Of a DNA stretch of 64,000 nucleotides, positions 28,426 to 37,640 are shown one piece after another. The DNA comes from Terriglobales bacterium. GTDB lineage: Bacteria > Acidobacteriota > Terriglobia > Terriglobales > Acidobacteriaceae. The stretch is from contig DATIGQ010000081.1 in assembly GCA_035454605.1 (NCBI GenBank), positions 6,151 through 70,150 of the forward strand. Direction: 5' to 3'. Position 1 is the stretch's first letter; each line of letters starts with the position of its first letter. A program made the position numbers and the translations under genes. The notes under the pieces are model-generated. The model worked only from the letters and a program-made list of their open reading frames with translations, searched no databases and was not told where the DNA came from.

Positions 28426-29085
28426 ATGGGTTCCACTGCCGTGAACATTCCTGCCGCACAAGTGAAAGAGCTCCGGGAGAAGACCGGCGCTCCCATGATG
28501 GACTGCAAACAGGCGCTGGCTGAGGCCAAGGGTGATCTGGAACAAGCCGTCATCCTGCTCCGCAAGAAAGGCATCGCCACGGCCGCCAAGAAGGCGACGC
28601 GGACGGCCACCGAAGGCTCGGTCTCGAGCTATATCCACGCCGGTGGCAAGATCGGTGTGCTGGTCGAAGTGAACTGCGAAAGCGACTTCGTCGCCGCCAC
28701 GGACGACTTCAAGGAACTGGTACACGATATCGCCATGCACATTGCCGCTAGCGACCCGAAGTTCATCCGCAAGGAGGACGTTACTCCTGAAGCCTACGAG
28801 CGCGAGAAAGACATCTACCGCGAACAGGCGCGGGCTACCGGGAAGCCAGCCCCGGTCATCGAGAAGATCGTCGAAGGCAAGATGTCCAAGTTCTACGAAG
28901 AGGTCTGCCTCTACGAGCAGCCGTTCATCAAAGATCAGGGCATCACCGTCTACCAGCTCATCGCCTCCAAGATCGGAAAGCTGGGTGAGAACATCACCGT
29001 GCGCCGCTTCGCCCGCTTCAAGGTGGGCGAGGGCGCCGAGACTTTCGCCGTCTCCAAACCGCAGGCCGAGAACCGTTCGAAGTAA
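28426..29085 (+). CDS. tsf: Elongation factor Ts
   Basis: [37 protein letters not shown]. Confidence 0.95.
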   Translation: MGSTAVNIPAAQVKELREKTGAPMMDCKQALAEAKGDLEQAVILLRKKGIATAAKKATRTATEGSVSSYIHAGGKIGVLVEVNCESDFVAATDDFKELVHDIAMHIAASDPKFIRKEDVTPEAYEREKDIYREQARATGKPAPVIEKIVEGKMSKFYEEVCLYEQPFIKDQGITVYQLIASKIGKLGENITVRRFARFKVGEGAETFAVSKPQAENRSK

Positions 29086-29100
29086 CGCGACGATTCCTCG

Positions 29101-29136
29101 CGGGCGCGGGCTCTCCCGCGCCCGTTTCCTTTTTCC
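29101..29136 (+). terminator. Rho-independent terminator after tsf
   Basis: cgggcgcggg-ctct-cccgcgcccg followed by tttcctttttcc. Confidence 0.65.
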
Positions 29137-29147
29137 CAGATTTGGGG

Positions 29148-30014
29148 TTAGGAAAGCGGTGAGCGAGCCCGGCGGTTGGCAGCAGCCAGTTGCCCGCGGA
29201 ATGTCGCGGGCGTAAAGCCCGTCAGGCGCTTGAACATTCGCGTCAGGTGGCTCTGGTCGGCAAAACCGGTCTCCATGGCTACTTGCGCCAGCGGAAGCTC
29301 GGGGCGCCTCAGCAGCTCACACGCCAGCCGCACTCGCAGCGCCAGCACGTATTCCCCTACGCTTCGGCGCTCGAACCGGCGGCACACCCGCGCCAGGTGG
29401 ACAGGATGCACGCCGGCCTCGGCGGCCAGTTCGCCCAACCGATGCGGCTCGCGAAACTGCTCCTGAAGTTTCTCCTTTACTCGCAGCCACCAGGCTGGAG
29501 GGCGACGGTCGCGGTCGTCCCTCCAGCGCGCCGTTGTCGCCAGCATCTCCCATAGCAGGCTCTCGGCTGCCAGCGGTGACACCGTCACGCCTGACCGGTA
29601 GTTGCGATAGAGCTGCAAGGTCAGCCACAGCAAGGGCCCGCCGGTACGGTCGGCGAAGTGTCGCTCCATCGTTTGCCGTTGCAATGGTTCGAGCCACGAT
29701 TCTTCCAGCTCGGCGGTGAAGAACCGGGCGCCGCCCTCCTGGATCTGGCCATCGTGGCGTGTGCCCCTTGGATTGAAGGTCGCGCTCAACGGCCCGTAGA
29801 GGGTGCGCCCGCGCGCATCGCCTTCCCGGTAGAGTCCCTGCAGGACGAGCGAGAAATAAGCCACGTCGTGCGTGTGCAAGGGCACGTCGCGCGCGTGTTC
29901 GTGCACCACCTCGGCGAGCACAGCGCCGCAGATGCTCTGCTGGTTCCTCAGCTCGCCATAAAACTGGCGGCCGAAGGCAGTAAGCGGCTTCCCGGCGTTG
30001 GCCATGGCTGCCAT
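29148..30014 (-). CDS. AraC-family transcriptional regulator (cupin-like N-terminus + HTH_18)
   Basis: C-terminal ...GFADQSHLTRMFKRLTGFTPATFR. Confidence 0.85.
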   Translation of the reverse strand: MAAMANAGKPLTAFGRQFYGELRNQQSICGAVLAEVVHEHARDVPLHTHDVAYFSLVLQGLYREGDARGRTLYGPLSATFNPRGTRHDGQIQEGGARFFTAELEESWLEPLQRQTMERHFADRTGGPLLWLTLQLYRNYRSGVTVSPLAAESLLWEMLATTARWRDDRDRRPPAWWLRVKEKLQEQFREPHRLGELAAEAGVHPVHLARVCRRFERRSVGEYVLALRVRLACELLRRPELPLAQVAMETGFADQSHLTRMFKRLTGFTPATFRGQLAAANRRARSPLS

Positions 30015-30145
30015 ACTGTACGGACGTGGATGGCCCGCAGTTCGTGAGCCGGCCCGGAAGGTTTCATTCGTTCAAGACAGCTGTGTCCTATGCGTTGAAG
30101 GATGGAGCCGAACCACCAGGTCTAGGAGCGCGTGGAGGATTCCTC

Positions 30146-31108
30146 ATGAAGGGCAAGACCCTGCTCGTCGCCGTCGTCTTCGGCCTCTCGGCCTATCTGG
30201 CGGTTGCCGGTCCAGACCAGGCTCCCGCCGACGGTCCGCAGTACTCGCCGGATGGCAAGTTGCTCCGGCCCACCAACCATCGGGAATGGGTCTATTTGTC
30301 ATCCGGGCTGGGCATGAACTACGGACCGGCAGCCTCCAGCGACCATCCCATGTTCACCAACGTCTTCGTCAACCCCGCGGCCTATCGCGCCTTCATGGCC
30401 ACCGGCAAATGGCCGGACAAGACCATGTTTGCGCTCGAGATCTACCATCCCGCTACCGGCTCCATTAACAAGAGCGGCTACTACCAGGGCGATTTCATTT
30501 CGCTCGAGGCGGCGGTGAAAGACGCAGCCCGCAACCCGGATGTTTGGGCGTACTACAACCTGGGGCTCGACCGGCCCTCGGCCGAGCCCTTTCCCCGCGC
30601 CGCCTGCTGGAGTTGCCACCACGAAAACGGGGCGGTGGAGAACACCTTCGTGCAGTTCTATCCGCAACTCTTGGAAGTGGCCGTTCGCAAGGGGACGGTG
30701 AAGCCCAGCGTAGACTTCCCGCCCAGCGCCGGCCTGATTTTCAACCTGATCTTTGAGCAGGGCTGGCCGCAAGCGGAAGCGAAGTTCCTGGAGCAGCGGC
30801 GCCGCCATCCGGATGCGGGCATCTTCCAGGAGCCCGGGTTGAACGCGCTCGGCTACCGGCTGCTCAATGCCAAACGCCAGCAGGATGCGATTGCCGTACT
30901 CTCCTTCGTCACCCATGAGTTCCCGAACTCGGCTAATGCGTTTGACAGTCTGGCCGACGCCTACGAACAAAGTGGTCATCGCGAGCAGGCCCTGGCCGCC
31001 TCACGCAAGGCGCTCGAGTTGGCGGAATCCGCCCAGGACGCGAACCCCGAGATGCAGGAACAGATCCGGCACGCCGCCAGACGGCGCATCGAACGTCTTA
31101 CCCAGTAG
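30146..31108 (+). CDS. Secreted cytochrome P460-like haem-c protein fused to C-terminal TPR repeats
   Basis: GGAGGA SD and signal MKGKTLLVAVVFGLSAYLAVA. P460-like body (MFTNVFVNPAAYRAF..GKWPDKTMFALE). Single CxxCH (CWSCH), then FVQFYPQL. C-terminal TPR-like helices. Confidence 0.7.
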   Translation: MKGKTLLVAVVFGLSAYLAVAGPDQAPADGPQYSPDGKLLRPTNHREWVYLSSGLGMNYGPAASSDHPMFTNVFVNPAAYRAFMATGKWPDKTMFALEIYHPATGSINKSGYYQGDFISLEAAVKDAARNPDVWAYYNLGLDRPSAEPFPRAACWSCHHENGAVENTFVQFYPQLLEVAVRKGTVKPSVDFPPSAGLIFNLIFEQGWPQAEAKFLEQRRRHPDAGIFQEPGLNALGYRLLNAKRQQDAIAVLSFVTHEFPNSANAFDSLADAYEQSGHREQALAASRKALELAESAQDANPEMQEQIRHAARRRIERLTQ

Positions 31109-31144
31109 GTCGGTGCTGCGGGCGCACGCATAACGTCCCAGCAT

Positions 31145-31882
31145 ATGCGGGTTGGTATACTGATTTGGATGCCCGCCGTGTTCCGTCGTGTCCTGCTTAA
31201 GCTCTCTGGCGAAGCTCTCGCCGGCAACCAGGGTTTTGGCGTTGAGCCGGCGCGCGTGGAACAGGTCGCCAGTGAACTCCAGGACGCCAAGACTATGGAC
31301 GTGGAGCTGGCCATCGTGGTTGGTGGCGGCAATTTTTTCCGTGGCGTAGCTGAGCACGCTCGGGAGATGGACCGCGTGTCCGCCGACCACATGGGCATGC
31401 TGGCCACCGTCATCAACGCCCTCGCTTTGCAGGACGCCCTGGAAAAACGCGGGGTATACACCCGCGTCATGTCCGCCATCGAGATGAACCAGGTCGCAGA
31501 GCCCTTCATCCGCCGCCGCGCCATCCGCCACCTGGAGAAGGGCCGCTTGGTCATCTTCGCCGCCGGCACCGGCAATCCCTACTTCTCCACCGATACCGCC
31601 GCCTCCCTGCGCGCCATGGAGATCAAGGCCGACGTCATACTCAAGGCCACGAAGGTTGATGGCATCTACGACGCCGACCCTGTCCTGGTGAAGGACGCGC
31701 GCATGTTCGACACCATCACCCACCTCGACGTGCTCAAGAAAGGCCTCAAGGTGATGGACTCCACGGCCATCACCCTGTGCCGCGACAACAACCTGCCTAT
31801 CATCGTGTTCAACCTCAACCGGCACGGCAACATCCGCCGCGTCCTCGCCGGCGAAAAGGTCGGCTCCCTCGTCAGCCAGTAG
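31145..31882 (+). CDS. pyrH: UMP kinase
   Basis: [13 protein letters not shown]...[10 protein letters not shown]...[17 protein letters not shown]. Alternative ATG at 31169. Confidence 0.95.
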   Translation: MRVGILIWMPAVFRRVLLKLSGEALAGNQGFGVEPARVEQVASELQDAKTMDVELAIVVGGGNFFRGVAEHAREMDRVSADHMGMLATVINALALQDALEKRGVYTRVMSAIEMNQVAEPFIRRRAIRHLEKGRLVIFAAGTGNPYFSTDTAASLRAMEIKADVILKATKVDGIYDADPVLVKDARMFDTITHLDVLKKGLKVMDSTAITLCRDNNLPIIVFNLNRHGNIRRVLAGEKVGSLVSQ

Positions 31883-31995
31883 GCTCCTCAAGCGATGCGA
31901 GGGCCCCTGTGCCCAGGGGCGCAAGCGGCCGACGTTCTCCATGTTTCTTCTCCAGCCAACTCTTCGTTTATAATCAACGGCTTTCGGAGCACCCC

Positions 31996-32586
31996 ATGGC
32001 TCAACCCACGATGGCCTCGATTCCCGCGCTCAAGGAAGTGTTCGGCCAGCTGCGCACACGCATGGACAAGGCAGTCGAGGATTTCCGCCGCGAGCTGGCG
32101 GCCACCCGCACCGGTCGCGCCAACGTGCACATGCTCGACCCGATACGCGTCGAGCTGTACGACTCCCAGATGCCCCTCAACCAGGTCGCCCAGGTGCACG
32201 CCCCGGAAGCCCAGCTTCTCACCGTGCAGCCCTTCGATCCCACTTCGGTGGCGGTTATTGAGAAGGCCATTCGCACCGCCGATCTCGGCTTGAACCCCAT
32301 GAGCGACGGCAAGCTCATCCGCGTGCCCGTGCCGCCGCTCACGGAAGAGCGCCGCAAGGATCTGGTAAAGCATCTGCACAAGGTGCTGGAAGACCACCGC
32401 ACCGCTGTGCGCAACATCCGTCGCGACGGCAACGATTCGATCAAGAAGGCGCTCAAGGACAAGAAGATCAGCGAGGACGAGGAGCGCCGCGCCCACGAGG
32501 AAATCCAGAAACTCACCGACGAAGAAATCAAGAAAATGGAGGAGATGAGCAAGACCAAGGAGAAGGAGATCCTCCAGGTCGGCTAG
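31996..32586 (+). CDS. frr: Ribosome recycling factor
   Basis: 196 aa from ATG 31996. RTGRANVHMLDPIRVELYDSQMPLNQVA...IPVPPLTEERRKDLVK. Confidence 0.95.
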   Translation: MAQPTMASIPALKEVFGQLRTRMDKAVEDFRRELAATRTGRANVHMLDPIRVELYDSQMPLNQVAQVHAPEAQLLTVQPFDPTSVAVIEKAIRTADLGLNPMSDGKLIRVPVPPLTEERRKDLVKHLHKVLEDHRTAVRNIRRDGNDSIKKALKDKKISEDEERRAHEEIQKLTDEEIKKMEEMSKTKEKEILQVG

Positions 32587-32793
32587 TCCGCGAGCCGCGA
32601 CCTCTAAAGGGGTTTCTGCCTTTGTTCTGCGCGGTTCGTCCCGCACATTGCGTTCGCGACCGGTAATCCGTTGTGCTGGCTACCGCATCCAAGATTCCGT
32701 ATAATGACCGGCTTCGGAACTCCATGCAGGGGTTGACATATTCCCTCCTTTCCTGACAACAGAGCGACCCCTGCCGGTGGTGGCAATCGCTCT

Positions 32794-35598
32794 TTGGCAG
32801 GGATGACCCTGCGACTGGCCGTGGTGGTAGCTCTTCTGGCGGCAATGGCTTGGGCCCAGGGCGCCGTCATCGAAGAGATTCTCATACACGGGAACCGCCG
32901 CATTCCGGCGGAAACCATTCGGGCTCGCATCTTCTCCCGCGCCGGCGACGCCTACGACGAAGGTGCCTTGCAGCGCGATTTCCGCTCCCTTTGGAACACC
33001 GGCTTTTTCGCCGACCTGCGCATGGAGCGCGAGGAGAGCCCCAAGGGCTACCGCATCCACGTGTACGTCCAGGAGAAGCCCAACATTCGCGAAATCAATT
33101 ATGTCGGGCTGTCGTCGGTGCAGCAGAGCGACGTCCTGGAACGCTTCCGGAAGAACAAGGTGGGGCTCACGCTGGAAAGCCAGTATGACCCTACTCGGGT
33201 CAAGAAGGCGGAGGTCACACTGAAGGAACTACTGGCCGAGCATGGCCGGCAGTTTGCCACCATCCGCACCGAGGTTCGCCCCATCCCGCCCAACTCGGTG
33301 GGCGTGAATTTCTTGATCAAGGAAGGCCCCAAGGTCAAGGTTGGAAAGATCCGATTCGAAGGAAACAAGAACGTCAGTAGCCGTGTGCTGCAGCGCGCCA
33401 TGGTGAATCTGAAACCCATCGGCATCCCGCGCTCCATTTTCCTGGAAAACCTCTTTTCCAAGACCTTCGACGCTTCCAAGCTGGCCGAGGATGCGGAGCG
33501 TGTACGGTACGCCTACCAGCAGCGTGGCTATTTCAAGGCCATCGTCTCCGATCCCAAGACCGAAACTCGCGACGCGGGTGGGTTTCACATCCCCTTGATC
33601 CAGAAGGGCGGTGGCAAAGCCGTCGACATCACGATTCCCATCGAAGAAGGCGAGCGCTACCATCTCGCCGCCATTACTTTTAAGAACAACAAGGCCATCA
33701 AGGACAGCCGCATTCTGCGGGCCGCGTTTGCCATGCGGGACGGCGATATCTTCAACGCGGAGTTGGTCCGCAAGGGTCTGGACGCGTTGCGTGAGATCCA
33801 CGGCGAACTCGGCTATGTCAATTTCACTGCCGTGCCAGACACCAAGTTCGACGACGAAAAGCGCCTCATTACCCTGGAGATCGATATCGACGAGGGTAAG
33901 CCCTTCTATGTGCGCCGCATCGAGTTTCAGGGCAACACCACCACCCGCGATAAGGTCATTCGCCGCGAGCTGGCGCTCGAGGAGGGCAACGTTTACAACA
34001 GTCGCTTGTGGAAGCTGAGCCTGCTGCGCCTCAATCAACTTGGCTACTTCGAGCAGCTCGACCCCGAGCAGGATGCTTCCGTCCGCCAGAACGTCCAGGA
34101 AGGCACGGTGGACATTACGCTGAAGGTCAAGGAGCGCGGCAAGAACAGCATCGGGCTGCAGGGCGGCGTCAGCGGTCTGGAAGGCGGGTTTATTGGAATC
34201 AGCTACGAGACCAACAATTTCCTGGGTCTGGGCGAAACGTTGCGCGTCGAGGGCTCTACCGGCAACCGCGGCTACAACGTGCTGCTTGGTTTCACTGAAC
34301 CCTACCTGTTCGACCGACCCCTGCAGTTCGGGTTCACGATATTCAAGCGCCAGTTCCGCTTCAATCAGGCGGATCAGTTCACCCTAGCCACCGGTCAGCA
34401 GATTCCCGAAAGCGCGCAACAGTTTCTTCTGAACTATAACCAGAACACGACCGGCTTTACCGTTTCCGGAAGCTACCCGCTGCGGCGGTCGTTCAAGCGC
34501 CTGGGCCTGACCTATGCCTTCGATAATTCCTCCGTTGCGGTTTTCAGCGACGCTTCCCGCAACCTGTTTGAGCAGATCGCCTTTCGCGGGCTTTCCGGTC
34601 CCCAGGCGTTGGAGGGGATTATCACCAGCAAGGTGATCCCCACCTTTTCCGTCAACCGCATTGACAACCCCTATCGTCCTTCGCGGGGCTACAGTCTGTT
34701 CCTGGGCGGACAGGTCGCGGGCCTGGGGGGCAACGTGAAGTTTGCGCGGCCCATTGTGGAATACAAATACTTCCGCCCGCACAAGCGCAATGTGATTGGG
34801 CTGCGCCTGCAGGGTTCCTTCCTGACCGGCTACGGAGGCCAAGTGGCCCCGCCCTACGAACGTTCCTACATCGGCGGTGATACTGATCTCCGCGGCTTCG
34901 ACATTCGCTCCGTGACTCCCATCGGTTTCCTCGTCGGCCGGCAGAGCATTCCCTTGTTGAATCCGGATCGCACGCCGGTGCCGGTGGACCCGGCCAACCC
35001 GCGCCGTGGGACCTATACCGTCCCCATTCCCGTTCACCGTATCGTTTTCACCGGCGGTGACACCAGCTTCGTCAGCAACGTCGAGTACCGCATCCCGATC
35101 GTCGGACCGGTAACCTTGGCACTGTTCAACGACTTCGGCATGAACTTCGTCGCGCGTCCGTCCCAGTTGCAGATCAGTCCTTCGTCAGTCGTAGACCTTA
35201 ATACCAACCCGTTTGGCTGTCCCTCGCTCAACGGTAGTTTCCAATGTGTCGGTGGCAATACGCTCAGCTTTGACTCTCACATCGATGTCGTGCACTCCAC
35301 CAACTACCAGCCACGCATGTCCACCGGTGTGGAATTTCAGGTGATCCTGCCGGTCGTCAACGCGCCCATGCGCATCTACTACGCCTATAACCCCCTGCGG
35401 CTGGATTCCTTGGCTGCGTCGCCCGATTCCTGCACCACCAGCTCCGGCGGAGCCGTGAGTTGCATCAGCCGGGACATGTTCCCAGCCGGCGGCGCCGGCG
35501 ACTTTACGTATCAGGAAACCCTGCGCCTTTTCGCTCCCAGCTTCCGTCTTCACGAGCCCAAAACCACCTTTCGCTTCACCGTCAGCACCACGTTCTGA
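32794..35598 (+). CDS. bamA: Outer membrane protein assembly factor BamA (POTRA repeats + Omp85 barrel)
   Basis: IEEILIHGNRRIPAETIRARI (POTRA1) and repeated POTRA motifs. The barrel ends ...FRFTVSTTF. Start at TTG 32794 or ATG 32803. Confidence 0.9.
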   Translation: MAGMTLRLAVVVALLAAMAWAQGAVIEEILIHGNRRIPAETIRARIFSRAGDAYDEGALQRDFRSLWNTGFFADLRMEREESPKGYRIHVYVQEKPNIREINYVGLSSVQQSDVLERFRKNKVGLTLESQYDPTRVKKAEVTLKELLAEHGRQFATIRTEVRPIPPNSVGVNFLIKEGPKVKVGKIRFEGNKNVSSRVLQRAMVNLKPIGIPRSIFLENLFSKTFDASKLAEDAERVRYAYQQRGYFKAIVSDPKTETRDAGGFHIPLIQKGGGKAVDITIPIEEGERYHLAAITFKNNKAIKDSRILRAAFAMRDGDIFNAELVRKGLDALREIHGELGYVNFTAVPDTKFDDEKRLITLEIDIDEGKPFYVRRIEFQGNTTTRDKVIRRELALEEGNVYNSRLWKLSLLRLNQLGYFEQLDPEQDASVRQNVQEGTVDITLKVKERGKNSIGLQGGVSGLEGGFIGISYETNNFLGLGETLRVEGSTGNRGYNVLLGFTEPYLFDRPLQFGFTIFKRQFRFNQADQFTLATGQQIPESAQQFLLNYNQNTTGFTVSGSYPLRRSFKRLGLTYAFDNSSVAVFSDASRNLFEQIAFRGLSGPQALEGIITSKVIPTFSVNRIDNPYRPSRGYSLFLGGQVAGLGGNVKFARPIVEYKYFRPHKRNVIGLRLQGSFLTGYGGQVAPPYERSYIGGDTDLRGFDIRSVTPIGFLVGRQSIPLLNPDRTPVPVDPANPRRGTYTVPIPVHRIVFTGGDTSFVSNVEYRIPIVGPVTLALFNDFGMNFVARPSQLQISPSSVVDLNTNPFGCPSLNGSFQCVGGNTLSFDSHIDVVHSTNYQPRMSTGVEFQVILPVVNAPMRIYYAYNPLRLDSLAASPDSCTTSSGGAVSCISRDMFPAGGAGDFTYQETLRLFAPSFRLHEPKTTFRFTVSTTF

Positions 35599-35662
35599 CC
35601 CGAGACGGGCTGCCGGCCGCTGGCACGGAATCCATCCCTGCCTTTGGGCCGGCAAACACGGT

Positions 35663-35691
35663 TTGACGCTGCCGAGCCTTGTCCCTATAAT
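35663..35691 (+). promoter_or_regulatory. Candidate promoter (TTGACG-17-TATAAT) for skp
   Basis: TTGACGctgccgagccttgtcccTATAAT. Confidence 0.5.
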
Positions 35692-35824
35692 GATTCGCAT
35701 CCTCGCCAGCGGGCTGTTCACTCCTGGCCGCGAGGAGAAGGAAATGAAGGCTGGACCCAGGTCCGGCCCCGCCTCCAACGTTCTTGAGGAATCGCGCGAT
35801 CTTCCAAGGAGTCCAGCGAATCGT

Positions 35825-36568
35825 ATGACACGTCAGTCTGTAGCACTTCTGCTGTTCGTTGCCCTGTTGTCTGTTTCGGCCCTCGCCCAGACCGGCACCA
35901 CCCCAAGCCGCCCCGCGGGTGCCGCCAGTCCGCAAGCTGCAACTCCGGCCCGGCCGGCTCCGGTCACCCCTCCGTCCGCCGCGCCTTCAGCCGCCAAAGT
36001 GGGCGTAATCAACTTCAACGCCGCCATCGCTCTCTGCAACGAAGGGCAGAGGGACTTCGGCGGCCTGCAGAAGAAGTTCGAGCCCAAGCAGGCCGAACTG
36101 CAAAACATGAGCAAGGAACTCGAGGACCTGAAGAAACAGCTCACCACGCAGAGTGACAAGATGAACGATGACGCGCGCGCGAACCTGAGCCGGACCATCG
36201 AGCAGAAGCAGAAGACGTTGCAACGCGCGGTGGAGGACGCCCGCACTGAGTTCCAGACCCAGCAGAACGAGATCGCCGAGCGCATTTACCGCAAGCTGGG
36301 CGAGGTGCTGGTCACCTACGCCAAGAACAATGAGTTCTCGCTCGTTCTGAAGTATGACGAGAGCGATCAACAGAATCCGCTGCTCTGGTGGCAGCCCACC
36401 GTGGACATCACCCAGGACATTATCAGCGCTTACAACGCCGTCTCCGGTGTGCCTGCTCCACCGCCCCCGGCTCCTTCGGCAGCCCGGCCGGGCACCGCAC
36501 CCGGTACCACCGCCGCGGCTCCGGCCCAGACCCAGCGCGGCGGCACCGCCACTCGCAATCCTCAGTAG
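35825..36568 (+). CDS. skp: OmpH/Skp-family periplasmic chaperone with Pro/Ala-rich extensions
   Basis: Signal MTRQSVALLLFVALLSVSALAQ. Coiled-coil core VGVINFNAAI...LQKKFEPKQAELQNMSKELEDLKKQL. Confidence 0.8.
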   Translation: MTRQSVALLLFVALLSVSALAQTGTTPSRPAGAASPQAATPARPAPVTPPSAAPSAAKVGVINFNAAIALCNEGQRDFGGLQKKFEPKQAELQNMSKELEDLKKQLTTQSDKMNDDARANLSRTIEQKQKTLQRAVEDARTEFQTQQNEIAERIYRKLGEVLVTYAKNNEFSLVLKYDESDQQNPLLWWQPTVDITQDIISAYNAVSGVPAPPPPAPSAARPGTAPGTTAAAPAQTQRGGTATRNPQ

Positions 36569-36696
36569 CGAACCACAGAATCCCATGGGCCGCCCGCAGG
36601 CGGCCCTTCTAGCTTCTCCGCTCTTCGTCCCACCCTTCCGCGAGTCCCGCACCTCCAGAGTCTCCCCGCGGTGTCCAAGCTGGCAGGAGGAACCAA

Positions 36697-37421
36697 ATGT
36701 TCGAGAGCAGCCTGCTCGAATCTTCGGACCGCTTGCGCTCCCGCTCCAGATGGACCACAGTTGCGTCGGTTGCGTTGCAGTCCGTAGGACTTGCTCTGTC
36801 TGTCCTTATCCCTCTGCTGCACACCGAGGCACTGCCCGCCGTACGCAGTGTGACGGTGCCGGTCGCTATTCCACGAGGAACGCCCAGTCACGTCTCACCC
36901 GATGCGGGAAAGCGTGGATCACCACCGGTCCAACCGTCCCCAGCAATTCTGATCGCTCCTTCGAGAATCCCACCCGCCGTTTTGGTAAGCGCGAATGATG
37001 GCCCATCCGGTCCCCCGCAAATCAGTTTTCCTGGAGGATGCGTCGTGTGTGCGCCGAACGGCGCTCCGCACTCGGTCGGGAATATCCTGCGCTCCACGCC
37101 CTTGCCCGAACCATTCCCCCGCCGCAACGACGGATCGTTTCGCCGGGCGTGACGGCAGGGCAGTTGATCCATCGCGTACAGCCAATCTACCCACACCTTG
37201 CCCGGGTTGCCCGCGTTGAAGGCACCGTGGTGTTGCACGCCATCATTACCAGGGACGGCGCCATCGAAAGCCTGCGCGTCATAAGCGGGCATCCCATGCT
37301 TCAGCAAGCGGCTGTAGAAGCGGTCCAGCAGTGGCGCTACCGGCCGTTCTTTCTGGGTGATGCCCCTGTGGAGGTGGAGACGCAGATCACGGTCAACTTT
37401 GTATTGGCCAGGAATCGTTGA
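36697..37421 (+). pseudogene. tonB: TonB-family energy transducer interrupted by a frameshift at a C5 run (37116-37120)
   Basis: Frame A (36697-37152) encodes the N-terminal TM plus Pro-rich part (MFESSLLES...WTTVASVALQSVGLALSVLIPLL), with an AGGAGG SD. Frame B (to 37421) encodes the TonB_C domain (GQLIHRVQPIYPHLARVARVEGTVVLHAIITRDGAIESLRVISGHPML). Adding one C gives a continuous ...PEPFPPPQRRIVSPGV.... Confidence 0.7.
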
Positions 37422-37640
37422 AGGTAGCACCAAGCCTTGTGCAAAACGACGAGAACCCCGATGCCTGTGGCGGGCTTCTGCTGGATTCGCTGAGCTGTGG
37501 CTGCCGAGAGCTAACCGGTTATTACGTCATGGGTTACGGATAGCTTTCCCGGCTGGGATCGTTCTCCCGAGCAATTAGCCGCGCCGGTGTCCCAGGGGCC
37601 TGGGCCGAAATCCACAGACTTTTCCACAGGCAGTTCGAGG

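Noticed and set aside
36697-37421. Treating 36697-37152 and 37038-37421 as two independent genes.
   Set aside because: The first lacks any C-terminal domain. The second lacks a start context and TM anchor. Together they make exactly one normal-sized TonB, and the junction sits at a homopolymer.
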